Source: Pseudomonadales bacterium (GTDB taxonomy: Bacteria > Patescibacteriota > Microgenomatia > UBA1400 > PJMF01). From it: a stretch of 64,000 nucleotides of DNA. A program made the translations under genes and the position numbers. Below are positions 50,916 through 61,704 of this stretch, piece after piece; within the stretch, counting starts at the first letter, position 1; the number at the start of each line of letters is the position of its first letter. The notes under the pieces were generated by a model, which saw only the letters and a list, made by a program, of their open reading frames with translations, was not told where the DNA came from and did no database searches. The DNA lies in assembly GCA_020632265.1 (NCBI GenBank), contig JACKFW010000001.1, forward strand, positions 599,272 to 663,271. Reading direction: 5' to 3'.

Positions 50916-52080
50916 GATAGGTTAATTTTTGAAAAAGGAAGTTTTCAAGCAATTTTTGTGAATAATTTTGCTTGATATTTTTGTATGCGTTTTTTGAAAG
51001 GATTTTGCGCAATTTTTTATTTCTTAATAAAATTATTATACATCTTGCAAAATTATTATCAAAAGAAACTAATAACCCGTCTGTAGAAACGAGTCCCCAT
51101 GATGCTTTTTCTGTTGAAACAACTGGTAAGCCATAACTTATGTAAGTGAGAATTTTTACTTTTATACCAGCATTTATTCTCACTGGAGCAATTGATATCG
51201 TAGCCTGACCGTATTCTTTTTCTAAATCCTTTACATATCCTTTATAAATGATATTTTTATTGTTATTAAAATATGAAATTAGCTCTTTGGTTGCACCTTG
51301 ACCAATAATAACCAGCTTAGCATCGGGAACAAATTTCAAAACATTGGCCCAATGTGAATCAATAAACCACTTAATGCCATCAACATTTTCCTTCCAATTT
51401 AATGTGCCAGTAAAAACAATCCGGTGCCCTTTATTAGAATATATATATTTATTCAAAGGCATAACTGTTGGCATTAAAGAGGTTGTGACGTTTGACGCTT
51501 TTTTTAATCTTAATTCTGTTTTAGGACTAATAGCCCATATTTGATCAACTTTCCTCATATAGAAGTAATCATAAATAAAGCTCTTAATATATTCATGAAA
51601 ATAAAAGAGTTTCTTTAAATAACTGGTTTCAGAAATAAATCTCTGCCAAAAAAGGCTTGTAAAATCCTCATCATCTATATAAATTTTATGGACATCAATA
51701 TTTTTATTTAAATACTGTAGCGTAGAATAACCATCAAATATTACATTTGAATAAGACTTACGAGTGAGCAAATCAGCTAAAAGCATTTCTAAATCATGAT
51801 TAAATAATCTTCTAATAGTGGCCGGAACAACTGAAAAAATAATGTGTGCAATCTTTTTGTAAAACGCTAACGATAATTTATTTTGTCTTTTATTTTTAAC
51901 TGTAAAAATTTTTAAATTTTTATGTTTAAAATTGTGAACTTTAAATTCTTCAAAATGAAAACAACAAACGTCAATTTTATACCCCTTTTTTAATAGTACC
52001 TCGAGAGTATTCCTTGTTTTAACGCTGGTTCCATTCAAACCAGAGGGAAAATCTTCAGTGATAAATAATATTTCATTCAT
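50908..52080 (-). CDS. Glycosyltransferase, GT-B fold (GT4-like), 390 aa.
   Basis: The C-terminal half has a GT4-type nucleotide-binding layout. Overlaps the upstream and downstream genes. Confidence 0.55.
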   Translation of the reverse strand: MNEILFITEDFPSGLNGTSVKTRNTLEVLLKKGYKIDVCCFHFEEFKVHNFKHKNLKIFTVKNKRQNKLSLAFYKKIAHIIFSVVPATIRRLFNHDLEMLLADLLTRKSYSNVIFDGYSTLQYLNKNIDVHKIYIDDEDFTSLFWQRFISETSYLKKLFYFHEYIKSFIYDYFYMRKVDQIWAISPKTELRLKKASNVTTSLMPTVMPLNKYIYSNKGHRIVFTGTLNWKENVDGIKWFIDSHWANVLKFVPDAKLVIIGQGATKELISYFNNNKNIIYKGYVKDLEKEYGQATISIAPVRINAGIKVKILTYISYGLPVVSTEKASWGLVSTDGLLVSFDNNFARCIIILLRNKKLRKILSKNAYKNIKQNYSQKLLENFLFQKLTYHE

Positions 52081-52128
52081 TTGATTAATAGACTAAAAGA
52101 TATCATAACATGTGATAAAATCTAGTCT

Positions 52129-53223
52129 ATGAAAATGGCAATTGTTCATGACGGATTTTTACATGTTGGAGGTGCTGAAAAAGTTTTACTTAATTTAATT
52201 GAAATATTTCCTAAGGCAGATTTATTCATTCCGATAATAAACAAGGATTATAAATCTAAAATAGAAAATTTAACAAAAGGAAAAATCCATTCAACTTTTT
52301 TTTCAAAAATTTCTTTTTTTTATAAAAACGCTAGTTTATTAAAACCGCTTTTAATTTTTTATTGGGAAAAACTTAACTTGTCTGAATACGACCTAGTCTT
52401 ATCATCATCTCATTCTTTTAACTCAAAACTTGTTAACGTCCCAAAAAGCGCAATTCATATATCTTATGTTTATACTCCTCCGAGATATTTATCAACACAA
52501 TTTAATGAATTTCAAATTCTAAACAACAAAGCTATCAAGCTAGTATTTGATCCTTTATTAAATTGGCTTAAAAAAAAAGATTTTGAAAGTGGAAGAAACC
52601 CTAAGATCTTAATCAGTATTTCTAAAGAAATTCAAAAAAGAATAAGAAACACCTACAATCGTAACAGTCTATTGGTTTATCCCCCAGTGGAACTATCTAC
52701 AAGAACTACTAAGATTGGCGACGGAAAATATTATTTGTTCTTCTCAAGGTTGGTAAAACAAAAAGGAGCTGAATTAGCGGTCGAAGCTTTTACAACCTTA
52801 AATCTGCCTTTAGTCGTAGTCGGGACTGGACCAGAACTTAAAAAATTAAAATCAATTGCTGGGCCTAATATTATTTTTAAAGGATTTGTAAAAAACAAAG
52901 AACTGGAAAAAATATTTGCAAATACAAAGGCACTGATTAACTGCTCTATCGAGGAGGATTTTGGAATGGTTACTATTGAAGTTGCTTCAAGAGGAATTCC
53001 TACAATCGGGTTTTTCTCCGGAGGTTTAATGGAAACCATTATTAATAAAAAAACAGGCATATTTTTTCGTCAATATACTGTAAAATCATTAACTATAGCT
53101 ATTAAAAAGTTTGAGATTATGAAATTTAATAAAAATGAGTGTCACAATTTTGCCAAAAGGTTCTCTAAAAAAATATTTGAGGTAAAAATGAAAACAATAG
53201 TTAATCATTATCTAAAAAAATAA
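52129..53223 (+). CDS. Glycosyltransferase family 4 (GT-B), 364 aa.
   Basis: N-terminal MAIVHDGFLHVGGAEKV. A C-terminal domain with Glu-containing motifs (the EX7E region). Confidence 0.65.
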   Translation: MKMAIVHDGFLHVGGAEKVLLNLIEIFPKADLFIPIINKDYKSKIENLTKGKIHSTFFSKISFFYKNASLLKPLLIFYWEKLNLSEYDLVLSSSHSFNSKLVNVPKSAIHISYVYTPPRYLSTQFNEFQILNNKAIKLVFDPLLNWLKKKDFESGRNPKILISISKEIQKRIRNTYNRNSLLVYPPVELSTRTTKIGDGKYYLFFSRLVKQKGAELAVEAFTTLNLPLVVVGTGPELKKLKSIAGPNIIFKGFVKNKELEKIFANTKALINCSIEEDFGMVTIEVASRGIPTIGFFSGGLMETIINKKTGIFFRQYTVKSLTIAIKKFEIMKFNKNECHNFAKRFSKKIFEVKMKTIVNHYLKK

Positions 53224-53226
53224 ATT

Positions 53227-54186
53227 ATGAAGACTGCAATTATTACTGGGGCCGGTGGTTTTATTGGTTCACACTTGGCAAAATTTCTCAAAAAAAAAGG
53301 GTACTTTGTTACTGGAATTGATATTAAGAAACCAGAATTTTCAAAAACTGCTGCTGACAAATTTATAATTGCTGATTTAAGAGACCCCAAGATCGTAAAA
53401 AAACATTTATATAAAGTTGATGAGCTTTATATGCTGGCTGCTGATATGGGCGGTATGGGCTTTATAAGCTGTAATGGACCTCAAATTGTTCATAACAACG
53501 CAATTATTAATCTCAACCTACTTCATAGATCAGCAGAGCTCAGAATTGGCAAAGTATTTTTCTCATCCTCTGCATGCGCGTATCCTGAAGAAAAACAGCT
53601 CTCAACAAAGAATTCAGGTCTAAAAGAGCAAGAAGCATATCCGGCAAATCCAGATACAGCTTACGGTTGGGAGAAAATCTTCACAGAACAAACTTGCATG
53701 GCATATCACAAAGAACTTGGTCTAAAAATAGCTATTGCTAGATTTCATAACATATATGGTCCAGAGGGTACATATGAGGGTGGACGAGAAAAGTCTCCCG
53801 CAGCTTTGTGTAGAAAGATAGCAATGGCCAAAAAAACTGATTCAATTAATGTCTGGGGTGACGGAAAACAAACACGTTCTTACTGCTATATTGATGATTG
53901 TCTCGAAGGCATTTTTAAGTTAATGCAATCAGATTATGATATGCCTTTAAATATTGGATCAGACAGATTGGTCACAATTAACAAAATGGTCGATATTATT
54001 GCAAAAATTGCTAAAAAGAAAATCTCAAAACATTATGATTTAAGCAAGCCTCAGGGAGTAAGAGGTAGAAACTCTGATAATACTCTCATAAAAAAAACTC
54101 TTGAATGGTCTCCAAAAATAACGATAGAAGAAGGTCTGGAAAAAACATACAAATGGATTGATTCTCAATTAAAAAAGAATAAATAA
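53227..54186 (+). CDS. NAD-dependent epimerase/dehydratase with similarity to UDP-glucuronate decarboxylase (UXS/ArnA-like), 319 aa.
   Basis: AIITGAGGFIGSHLAKFL. PANPDTAYGWEKIFTEQTCMAY aligns with the UXS P..P..YDEGKRVAETMCYAY segment. Confidence 0.6.
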   Translation: MKTAIITGAGGFIGSHLAKFLKKKGYFVTGIDIKKPEFSKTAADKFIIADLRDPKIVKKHLYKVDELYMLAADMGGMGFISCNGPQIVHNNAIINLNLLHRSAELRIGKVFFSSSACAYPEEKQLSTKNSGLKEQEAYPANPDTAYGWEKIFTEQTCMAYHKELGLKIAIARFHNIYGPEGTYEGGREKSPAALCRKIAMAKKTDSINVWGDGKQTRSYCYIDDCLEGIFKLMQSDYDMPLNIGSDRLVTINKMVDIIAKIAKKKISKHYDLSKPQGVRGRNSDNTLIKKTLEWSPKITIEEGLEKTYKWIDSQLKKNK

Positions 54187-54929
54187 ATTCTTTTTATTAG
54201 ATATTTAGGTATTAAAATTAAATATCTCCTCCACAATCTTAATGGAGAAACTAGCAATCTGAATAACCACTCTAATCCCATACTTTGAACCATGGCGGGA
54301 GCCATAGGTTGTTTATCTGCCAAAAAATCAAACGCAGCTCCAACACAAAGAATAGACGTAGCAGGTAGCAACTTTGACCAACGGGAAGCTAACTTTACTT
54401 GTTTAGGGGAACTTAATCCTATCCAAAGAACATCAATCTTGTGTTTGATAATGTCAGCAATATAATTTGCCTCTTCCACAAGAGTTAAATCTCTAAAAGG
54501 TGGGGAGATCATACCAAGAACAGTAAGATTAGGATTTATTTTTTTTACATTAATACTAAGCTTATCTAAAGTGCTTTGGGAGGATCCATAAAATAGATGC
54601 CGTATTTTTTTATCACTCATTGCGAGAATATCTTTGGTTAAATTCGGTCCATACACTCTTTCAACTCGTTGACTTTTCTTCAACATATTTCGCCACTTAT
54701 TTTTTAAACTGAAAAACCAAACTAAAGGCATGCCATCTGTTACACAGAAATCTATTGATCTGTAATCCTTTTGTAAGGATACATTCTCTTCAATAGATGC
54801 TAAATCATTTAAAGAAATTGGCAAAAGAGTAAATTTTTCTTTTCTGCTAATTTTTCTAGAAATAAACTCGGTGACCGATGATCTTGTTCCAATTAAAAAA
54901 TTTATGTTTTCAAGTTTTATTCTCTTCAT
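54165..54929 (-). CDS. WecB/TagA/CpsF-family glycosyltransferase (GT26), 254 aa.
   Basis: The CVTDGMPLVW motif matches the DGMPLVW signature of WecG/TagA. Confidence 0.6.
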   Translation of the reverse strand: MKRIKLENINFLIGTRSSVTEFISRKISRKEKFTLLPISLNDLASIEENVSLQKDYRSIDFCVTDGMPLVWFFSLKNKWRNMLKKSQRVERVYGPNLTKDILAMSDKKIRHLFYGSSQSTLDKLSINVKKINPNLTVLGMISPPFRDLTLVEEANYIADIIKHKIDVLWIGLSSPKQVKLASRWSKLLPATSILCVGAAFDFLADKQPMAPAMVQSMGLEWLFRLLVSPLRLWRRYLILIPKYLIKRIYLFFFN

Positions 54930-55864
54930 TTTTGTACAATCTGCATATCTTTTATTCTTAATTTATAAAAATGCCGTAACACTTTGACATAAATATATGT
55001 TAATCCAACATTAATTGAGATCAAGAAGGTTTTTAATAAGCTCAATGAATGTTTATTTTTAAACTCTACAAATAATTCAAGTTTTGATAACAAAGGTCTC
55101 TGAGTATTAATTCCACTCCTAATTCGTGACCACTTTTTTTCATAAACTAAATGATTTAACAATGTAAATGAGGCTTTTTTATAATATTGCCAAAAATTGA
55201 CAGGATCTTTATGAACTACTTTAATAGTTTTATCGTAATATGCCAATCCTCTTGCTAGAAAAATTTGCATTCCTAGATCGCAATCTTCGCTTGCGCCTTG
55301 GGCATATTTTAATAATTGAATATCAAAATTTATTCTGTGTTTATCCAAAAATTTTTTATTATAAATTACATTTTTAGAATCTAATATCTCATGATCCAAA
55401 ATTATGTTTTTCTTGATAGCACCGATTTTTCCAATTTCATCAACATAAGATCTAGATAAGGCAACAATACTTTTTTTATGATATTCGCTGGAGTGTCCTA
55501 AAATTGCACTAAATTTTGGCAAGCGAGCAGTAATTAGCTTAATCCTACTAAACCAGTCAAAGTCTGCGACACAGTCATCGTCAATAAAAGCTATCCAATC
55601 ACCCTTTGCTTCCTTCAAGCCTCGATTGTATACATGAGGATAGCCTACTAAGCGATGTTTTACATAACTTACTTTAAATTTAACATTTTTAGAAAAGTTT
55701 TTTACAACTTTTTGAGTTTCATCCGACGAATTGTTGTCAACCACAACTAGATTTTCTAAAGATATGGACTGGCAAGCTAAAGAACCAAGACAATGCTTAA
55801 GTTCTTCTTGTCGATTTTTTGTAACCACTACTACTGTAATTCTATTATCCATTGCAATCTTCAT
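54926..55864 (-). CDS. Glycosyltransferase family 2 (GT-A), 312 aa.
   Basis: ITVVVVTKNRQEEL, VVDNNSSDET and FIDDDC (DxD). Confidence 0.75.
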   Translation of the reverse strand: MKIAMDNRITVVVVTKNRQEELKHCLGSLACQSISLENLVVVDNNSSDETQKVVKNFSKNVKFKVSYVKHRLVGYPHVYNRGLKEAKGDWIAFIDDDCVADFDWFSRIKLITARLPKFSAILGHSSEYHKKSIVALSRSYVDEIGKIGAIKKNIILDHEILDSKNVIYNKKFLDKHRINFDIQLLKYAQGASEDCDLGMQIFLARGLAYYDKTIKVVHKDPVNFWQYYKKASFTLLNHLVYEKKWSRIRSGINTQRPLLSKLELFVEFKNKHSLSLLKTFLISINVGLTYIYVKVLRHFYKLRIKDMQIVQK

Positions 55865-56745
55865 GATGTTAATTTCAATAACCTATTAAACAATAATATT
55901 TGTTTCGAAACTATTAATAACCAAAATTGCTGAAACTTCGTAAGCGAATATTTATTTCCATAATTTTTTACAAGTCTAGTGATTGGAATTGGATTATTCT
56001 TTAAACTGTACCTTCTAATTAAATTCCACTTCTTCTCCAAACTATTATATGATTTCCAAGACAGATAATCTTTCTTTATAAAATCAATCAAATGGCATGG
56101 GTCCTTATGGCTAATAATCATTTTTTTATTAACAACTGCTTTACCACTAGCATTTTGAATTTGTATTCCAAAATCGCAGTCCTGAGCAGCACCGAGAACA
56201 TATGATGACCTGCTGTTATCAAATGATAAATGTCTAGATTTTAAGAATTTATTGTTAAATACAATATTCTTTGTATCTAGAACTTCAAGGTCTAAAACTT
56301 TATTCGCGTTTAGTGATCTCTGTTTCCAATCGTTATCAAACATATTTGTAGTTTGTGAAAAAACATTATCTGAATAATAAGTTTCACACCATCCCATAAT
56401 AGCCGCATGCTTTGGATATTTCTTTATGCTACTTAAGATTTCACTAATCCAGTTAATATCCGCAACGCAATCATCATCAATAAAAGCTACCCAATTACCT
56501 TTTGCTTCTTTTAAGCCTCTATTGTAAATTTTAGGATAACCTATTGATTTAGTATTTATATATTTAACAGCAATATTTACATTTACAATCATATTCATAA
56601 GAAGTTGTTTTGTGTCATCATTTGAGTTATTATCTATCACAATGATCTCTTTAGGTAAAAGACTGTTTGAAAGTAATGAACCTAGACAATGAGATAGCTC
56701 TAAAGCCCTGTTCTTCGTAACGATCACAATTGATAAATGAACCAT
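55861..56745 (-). CDS. Glycosyltransferase family 2 paralog, 294 aa.
   Basis: LSIVIVTKNRALEL, VIDNNSNDDT and FIDDDC. Confidence 0.75.
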   Translation of the reverse strand: MVHLSIVIVTKNRALELSHCLGSLLSNSLLPKEIIVIDNNSNDDTKQLLMNMIVNVNIAVKYINTKSIGYPKIYNRGLKEAKGNWVAFIDDDCVADINWISEILSSIKKYPKHAAIMGWCETYYSDNVFSQTTNMFDNDWKQRSLNANKVLDLEVLDTKNIVFNNKFLKSRHLSFDNSRSSYVLGAAQDCDFGIQIQNASGKAVVNKKMIISHKDPCHLIDFIKKDYLSWKSYNSLEKKWNLIRRYSLKNNPIPITRLVKNYGNKYSLTKFQQFWLLIVSKQILLFNRLLKLTS

Positions 56746-57963
56746 AATATGACGACTTCCAAAAAAAATATTATTTATATCACTCAGCTTTTACCGTATC
56801 CCCCAATTTCTGGAGGAAGAATTAAATCTCTCAATACCATACAAACATTATCAAAGAAATTCAATATCATTCTAATATGTTTTAGTAAAAATAGACCTTC
56901 AAAAAAAAGTTTAGCTTATCTTAAAAAATATGTAAAAGTAATTAAAGTATTCCATTTGCCTAAAATTGACGAAGAGCCTAAGGAAGATATCAAAAAATTG
57001 CTTAAAAACTATTTTAGGTTTATCCCAAATTATGTTTCTCAATTTCACTCAAATAAAGCCACAACATACATAAATAATCTTATCCAAAAAATAAGTCCTA
57101 CTGTAATTCATATCGATCATATTAATATGGCGCAATATTTACCAAAAAATAAAAAACAAGCTTGGATCTTAGAAGAACATAATGTTGAATACCAATTAGC
57201 CTGGAAAAGGTTCCTTAATTTCCAGGAAATAAAGAAAACAAAGGTTTATTTATTAATTGAATTTGTACTTACCTACGCATATGAGCGAAAATTTTTGCGA
57301 AAGTTTGATCATATTTTTTCTATTTCAGAATTTGATAAGCTTGCACTAGAAAAAAAATTTTATCTTAATAATATTAGTGTTCAAGCACCTGTTTACATAG
57401 ACAATGGGGAAAAAAGATCGTTAATTGAAAAACATAAAAAAGAAATTCTCTTTATTGGAGATATGACTTGGATGCCGAATATAATAGCAGTTAAATGGTT
57501 TATCGATAAAATTTTTCCTCTGATCCTGAGACTAGAAGGATCTACAACTTTAATTATTGTTGGGAAAACTGAGAATGATTTTAAACATCAGTATGACGAC
57601 CATAAGAATATTAGGTTTTTAGGTTTTCAAATGAATATTAGTGAATATTTTAAAAAGGCTTCTTTATTCGTTTTACCATTTAAAGTCGGAGGCGGGGTTA
57701 GGATAAAAGCACTCACGGCTTTTTCACACTCATTGGCAATTGTTACAACTAAACTTGGAATTCAAGGAATCAAAGGCACAAATTATAGAGATTTTTTGAT
57801 AGCAGAAAACGAAAAGCAGTTTGCCAAAGCCTGCTTATTATTAATTAGAAATGAGAAAATTAATAAATTAATTGGGGAAAACGGATGGAAATACTTACAA
57901 AAAAATCACTCCAAAAATAATAACTCTGAATTTTTAAAAAAATATAATAAACTTATTCAATAA
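56737..57963 (+). CDS. Glycosyltransferase family 4 (GT-B), 408 aa.
   Basis: GT4-like C-terminal domain: ILFIGDMTWMPNIIAVKWFI... Confidence 0.6.
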   Translation: MNHNMTTSKKNIIYITQLLPYPPISGGRIKSLNTIQTLSKKFNIILICFSKNRPSKKSLAYLKKYVKVIKVFHLPKIDEEPKEDIKKLLKNYFRFIPNYVSQFHSNKATTYINNLIQKISPTVIHIDHINMAQYLPKNKKQAWILEEHNVEYQLAWKRFLNFQEIKKTKVYLLIEFVLTYAYERKFLRKFDHIFSISEFDKLALEKKFYLNNISVQAPVYIDNGEKRSLIEKHKKEILFIGDMTWMPNIIAVKWFIDKIFPLILRLEGSTTLIIVGKTENDFKHQYDDHKNIRFLGFQMNISEYFKKASLFVLPFKVGGGVRIKALTAFSHSLAIVTTKLGIQGIKGTNYRDFLIAENEKQFAKACLLLIRNEKINKLIGENGWKYLQKNHSKNNNSEFLKKYNKLIQ

Positions 57964-58771
57964 TTTCAATTATTTTTGCTCTGCTCACGACTTCAGGAAA
58001 ATGAAACCAAACATCTTCTCCAATCTTAATTGCTGCTCCATCAAGAGTCATATAAAACCCTTCTATGTCTTTTATAGCAACTACCGTGACGACGGCATAA
58101 ACATCTTTGTTTTGATCCTTAGTTAAATAAATTCTATCTCCCACTAGCTTAATTTGAGATAATTTACTATCTTCAACACGAACACTTTCAATTCTTGCTA
58201 ACACTCTACCCTTTGAATCTTTCATTTCCATTCCTTCTTGATAAGAACTTGCGAGCCAATCTTCAATATTTTCCATTTTTACACGTATCTTTTTTTGATA
58301 TCTTTGCTCAGGCTCAGAATCTAATGATTCTATCAAACCACTAACATTATTTGAACCAAAAGTTAAATCTATTGGCTTTCCTTTTTGAATTGGTTGGAAA
58401 TTATATAAATAAGTTTGACTTTTTTTATTATATGAAACCTTTAAGCTCAAATCCACGTAAGCTCGTTTATTTGGTCCTCCCAGAGAATATATTTCTAAAT
58501 CAGTAATTTTAGCGACCTCTTCACCAAACGAATTATAAGATACCATGCCAACGCTGAGATCATTTATATACCAATAGGGAGATGGTTCTCCATTCCACCA
58601 CAAATCACTATCAGAAATAGATATTCTTGCGCTTATCCAAATACTTTTTCTTGAAATTCTATTATATATAAAAATTGAAAAAATAATTAAAATTGTAAAT
58701 ACAACAACTAAATCAAAATAATGCACCTTTTCAAATTTGAAATTTTTTATTTTGTGTATAATACTTTTCAT
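57953..58771 (-). CDS. Hypothetical membrane-anchored protein, 272 aa.
   Basis: N-terminal TM helix. No recognisable domain. Confidence 0.4.
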   Translation of the reverse strand: MKSIIHKIKNFKFEKVHYFDLVVVFTILIIFSIFIYNRISRKSIWISARISISDSDLWWNGEPSPYWYINDLSVGMVSYNSFGEEVAKITDLEIYSLGGPNKRAYVDLSLKVSYNKKSQTYLYNFQPIQKGKPIDLTFGSNNVSGLIESLDSEPEQRYQKKIRVKMENIEDWLASSYQEGMEMKDSKGRVLARIESVRVEDSKLSQIKLVGDRIYLTKDQNKDVYAVVTVVAIKDIEGFYMTLDGAAIKIGEDVWFHFPEVVSRAKIIEIIE

Positions 58772-60263
58772 GATTAATAAATTAATTAAGTTTTTTTACT
58801 CAAAAGAATTAAGAACGTTCTCTATTTTATCTTTATTTCATTTATCACTTTATTTTAGCACTAGCAATAAAATAACGTTTCTTTTTTCTATTTTTTTATT
58901 AGTAGCACTATACCAGCATCTAAAAAAATTACCACTCACACTGTTTTATGTTTTTCTAATTATGCTTCCATTTGCTAAAGGAAAGGGAATAGACATATTA
59001 TTACTTGATAAAAAATATGTCATAAATTATTCATTCTTTAATATTAGCTATTTATTTCCTCTATATCTATCAACATTTTATTTAAGTTTGTTTTATCTTT
59101 ATATTTTGAGAACTCTAATATTTACAAAAATAAAAATGAATAATCTTAGCAAAGAAAATAAACTAGTGATTTCAATTTTTCTATTATTCATAATTACATC
59201 CTGCGCAGGATCAATATCCAATATCTTTGAAATTCCAATTTTCCTTTCTTCAATGCAGTTAGTTATACTTCTACTAATTTTTTTTATTCCATTTGTATTG
59301 CGCACATTTTATATGAAACTAAATGATTTTTATATGGTTATTGCAAACTCCACACTTTTTCAGTCAATTTGGTTGACCCTTCAAACATTAAATAATGGTC
59401 ACTTAAACAGGGATATTGAGGTCTTTTTATTCAGCTCAAAAATAAGTATTCAATCATCAGAAAATAGCAACTTGTTAAGGTTGCCAGGAACTTTTTATGA
59501 AAGTAGTATATTAGGAACTTTTTTAATTACAAACATTTCAATTCTCATTTTATATCTAATTAACAATAATAAAATTCAAATGAGAAAAAAAACAATGATA
59601 TTCTTGTCAATAGCTATGGGTACAATTGCAATAATTTTAACTGGAAGTAGAGCAATTTACTTAATTTCATTTTTAATTTTAATTATTCTCCTAAAAACAA
59701 AACATTGTTTATCAAAGGATAAAATTAAAGCTTTGATATTATCGATTAAAAAAATCAAACTCATAATCCCAATTATATTTGCAATACTTTTTGTTTGGCC
59801 ATATTTTATCAACCGAATATCGTCCGCCAATCAAGTTTTCTCTAAAGAAGGAAGTGGCTCATATAGAATTCAATTATCAGAATACGCTCTTAAATTAACA
59901 GATAAAAAACCATTATTTGGGGTTGGCTTGAATTTGTCAGAATTTTATCTCGCTACTTCATTCCCTGGCGAAGATTACTTTTTTGATGCAGCTTACCCGC
60001 ACAATATAATTATTCAAATCTTAGCTGAAACAGGGTTGGTTGGAATCACGTTATTTATATATTTTATTTACCTAATATTATTTAGACCAACAATCAAAAG
60101 GAACTTGAACAACTTTAACGAGTTTCACTTGGCCTCAATTGTTTTCTTAATGTGTGCTCAATTTTACCCAATTTTCATAAACCATATGGAAATTATTTCT
60201 TACCTATTCCTATATTTAGGATTTGCTGCATTTTCTAATCAAAAAAAAATATATGAAAAATAA
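58737..60263 (+). CDS. O-antigen ligase/polymerase-family (Wzy_C) membrane protein, 508 aa.
   Basis: HNIIIQILAETGLVGITLF signature (H..x..E.G..G). LTGSRAIYL periplasmic-loop motif. Confidence 0.55.
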   Translation: MKFFILCIILFMINKLIKFFYSKELRTFSILSLFHLSLYFSTSNKITFLFSIFLLVALYQHLKKLPLTLFYVFLIMLPFAKGKGIDILLLDKKYVINYSFFNISYLFPLYLSTFYLSLFYLYILRTLIFTKIKMNNLSKENKLVISIFLLFIITSCAGSISNIFEIPIFLSSMQLVILLLIFFIPFVLRTFYMKLNDFYMVIANSTLFQSIWLTLQTLNNGHLNRDIEVFLFSSKISIQSSENSNLLRLPGTFYESSILGTFLITNISILILYLINNNKIQMRKKTMIFLSIAMGTIAIILTGSRAIYLISFLILIILLKTKHCLSKDKIKALILSIKKIKLIIPIIFAILFVWPYFINRISSANQVFSKEGSGSYRIQLSEYALKLTDKKPLFGVGLNLSEFYLATSFPGEDYFFDAAYPHNIIIQILAETGLVGITLFIYFIYLILFRPTIKRNLNNFNEFHLASIVFLMCAQFYPIFINHMEIISYLFLYLGFAAFSNQKKIYEK

Positions 60264-61359
60264 AAAAGTGATAGTAATTCCTTTCACTCTTCCTTGGGAT
60301 TGGAGCGCAGATTTCCAAAGACAAACATGCTTGGAATTGGCAAGGAAAAATATCCAAGTTTTCGCATATATGAGTGATGATTCATATTTTTTTATTAAAA
60401 ATAAAAAAAGACATTATCCAAAAATAAAAAATGTATCGTTTTATGTTCCAAGATATTATGTTCCCTTAAGAAGATTTAAAATAATTGAAGAATTAAATAA
60501 ATATCTTAGTCTTATAATTTTTACCTGCAAAATTTTTAGCAAAAAAAAAATAGTATGGATATTTGATCCTCAGTTTCACTACTTTCCAAAATTCTTCAAA
60601 AACTCGAAGTCACTTTATGATTGTGTAGATTTTTTTGGGATTGAACACGAAAGTGATGAAAATAAACTAATTAATAATACTGACATGCTTTTTGTTAATT
60701 CCCATACATTATTGTCTTTTCATAAAAATAAAATAAAAAATATCTTTTTAGTCCCTCAAGGTTTTAACTCATCGGAATTTAACAAGAATATCAAGTTAAT
60801 TAAAAAATCAAAAAACAATAAAAAACCAATTATAGGATACGCTGGAGGCATAAATTATAGAATTGACTACAAGCTGCTAATTAAGCTAATAAGTAGAAAT
60901 CCTCAGTGGAATTTCTCATTTTGGGGACCAATACAAGAATGCCAAAAAGAAAAATTAAAAGACATTCTCAGACAAATCAAAAAACTCAAGCAGTTTTCCA
61001 ACGTCCAGTTTAGCTCAACAAAAAATAAATTAAAATTAATGAACGCGATAAACAGTTTCGATGTTTGTATAATACCGTATGATATAAAGCAAAGTTTTAA
61101 CTTAAATTCATATCCAATGAAAGTTTTTGAATATTTTTACTTAGGCAAGCCCGTGATCTCAACTAAAATTTCTGAATTAAAATTAGAGAAATTTAAAGAT
61201 TTGATTTTTACAAGTAATAATAGTAAAAGCTGGGAAAAGAAAATTAAAAATATCTTAGATTCCCCATGGCCAGCAAAATTAAAAAATAAACAACGTACTC
61301 TTGCAATTGAAAATAGCTGGGAAAATAAAGTTAATAAAATTCTAGAAATAATAATCTAG
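60223..61359 (+). CDS. Glycosyltransferase, GT-B fold, 378 aa.
   Basis: The C-terminal half is GT1/GT4-like (IIGYAGGINYRIDYKLL...). Confidence 0.5.
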   Translation: MLHFLIKKKYMKNKKVIVIPFTLPWDWSADFQRQTCLELARKNIQVFAYMSDDSYFFIKNKKRHYPKIKNVSFYVPRYYVPLRRFKIIEELNKYLSLIIFTCKIFSKKKIVWIFDPQFHYFPKFFKNSKSLYDCVDFFGIEHESDENKLINNTDMLFVNSHTLLSFHKNKIKNIFLVPQGFNSSEFNKNIKLIKKSKNNKKPIIGYAGGINYRIDYKLLIKLISRNPQWNFSFWGPIQECQKEKLKDILRQIKKLKQFSNVQFSSTKNKLKLMNAINSFDVCIIPYDIKQSFNLNSYPMKVFEYFYLGKPVISTKISELKLEKFKDLIFTSNNSKSWEKKIKNILDSPWPAKLKNKQRTLAIENSWENKVNKILEIII

Positions 61360-61704
61360 GACAAATATATATTGTTAGTATTGCAGATAAATAGTAAAAA
61401 CCTATTAAGACCTTCTGTTAAATAATCTTATTCTATAAAATTACAAAAGGGAATGATTTCATGCAATCGCAAATTTTAGAAAGGAATAGCAGAACTTATT
61501 AATAATATAATTATTATACTAACCTCATACTAATCAACTAGCTAAAAGCTATATTGGATTTTATTAATGCTTCACTATATACTTATTCAACTGGTGTGAT
61601 GATTCGATTAGAATTTAGAATAGTAATCCATAAATATACAGAAATATTATTATTGGATGAAAGTAATGAAGGCGAGCATATAGATTAATTGTTTCCTAAA
61701 AACA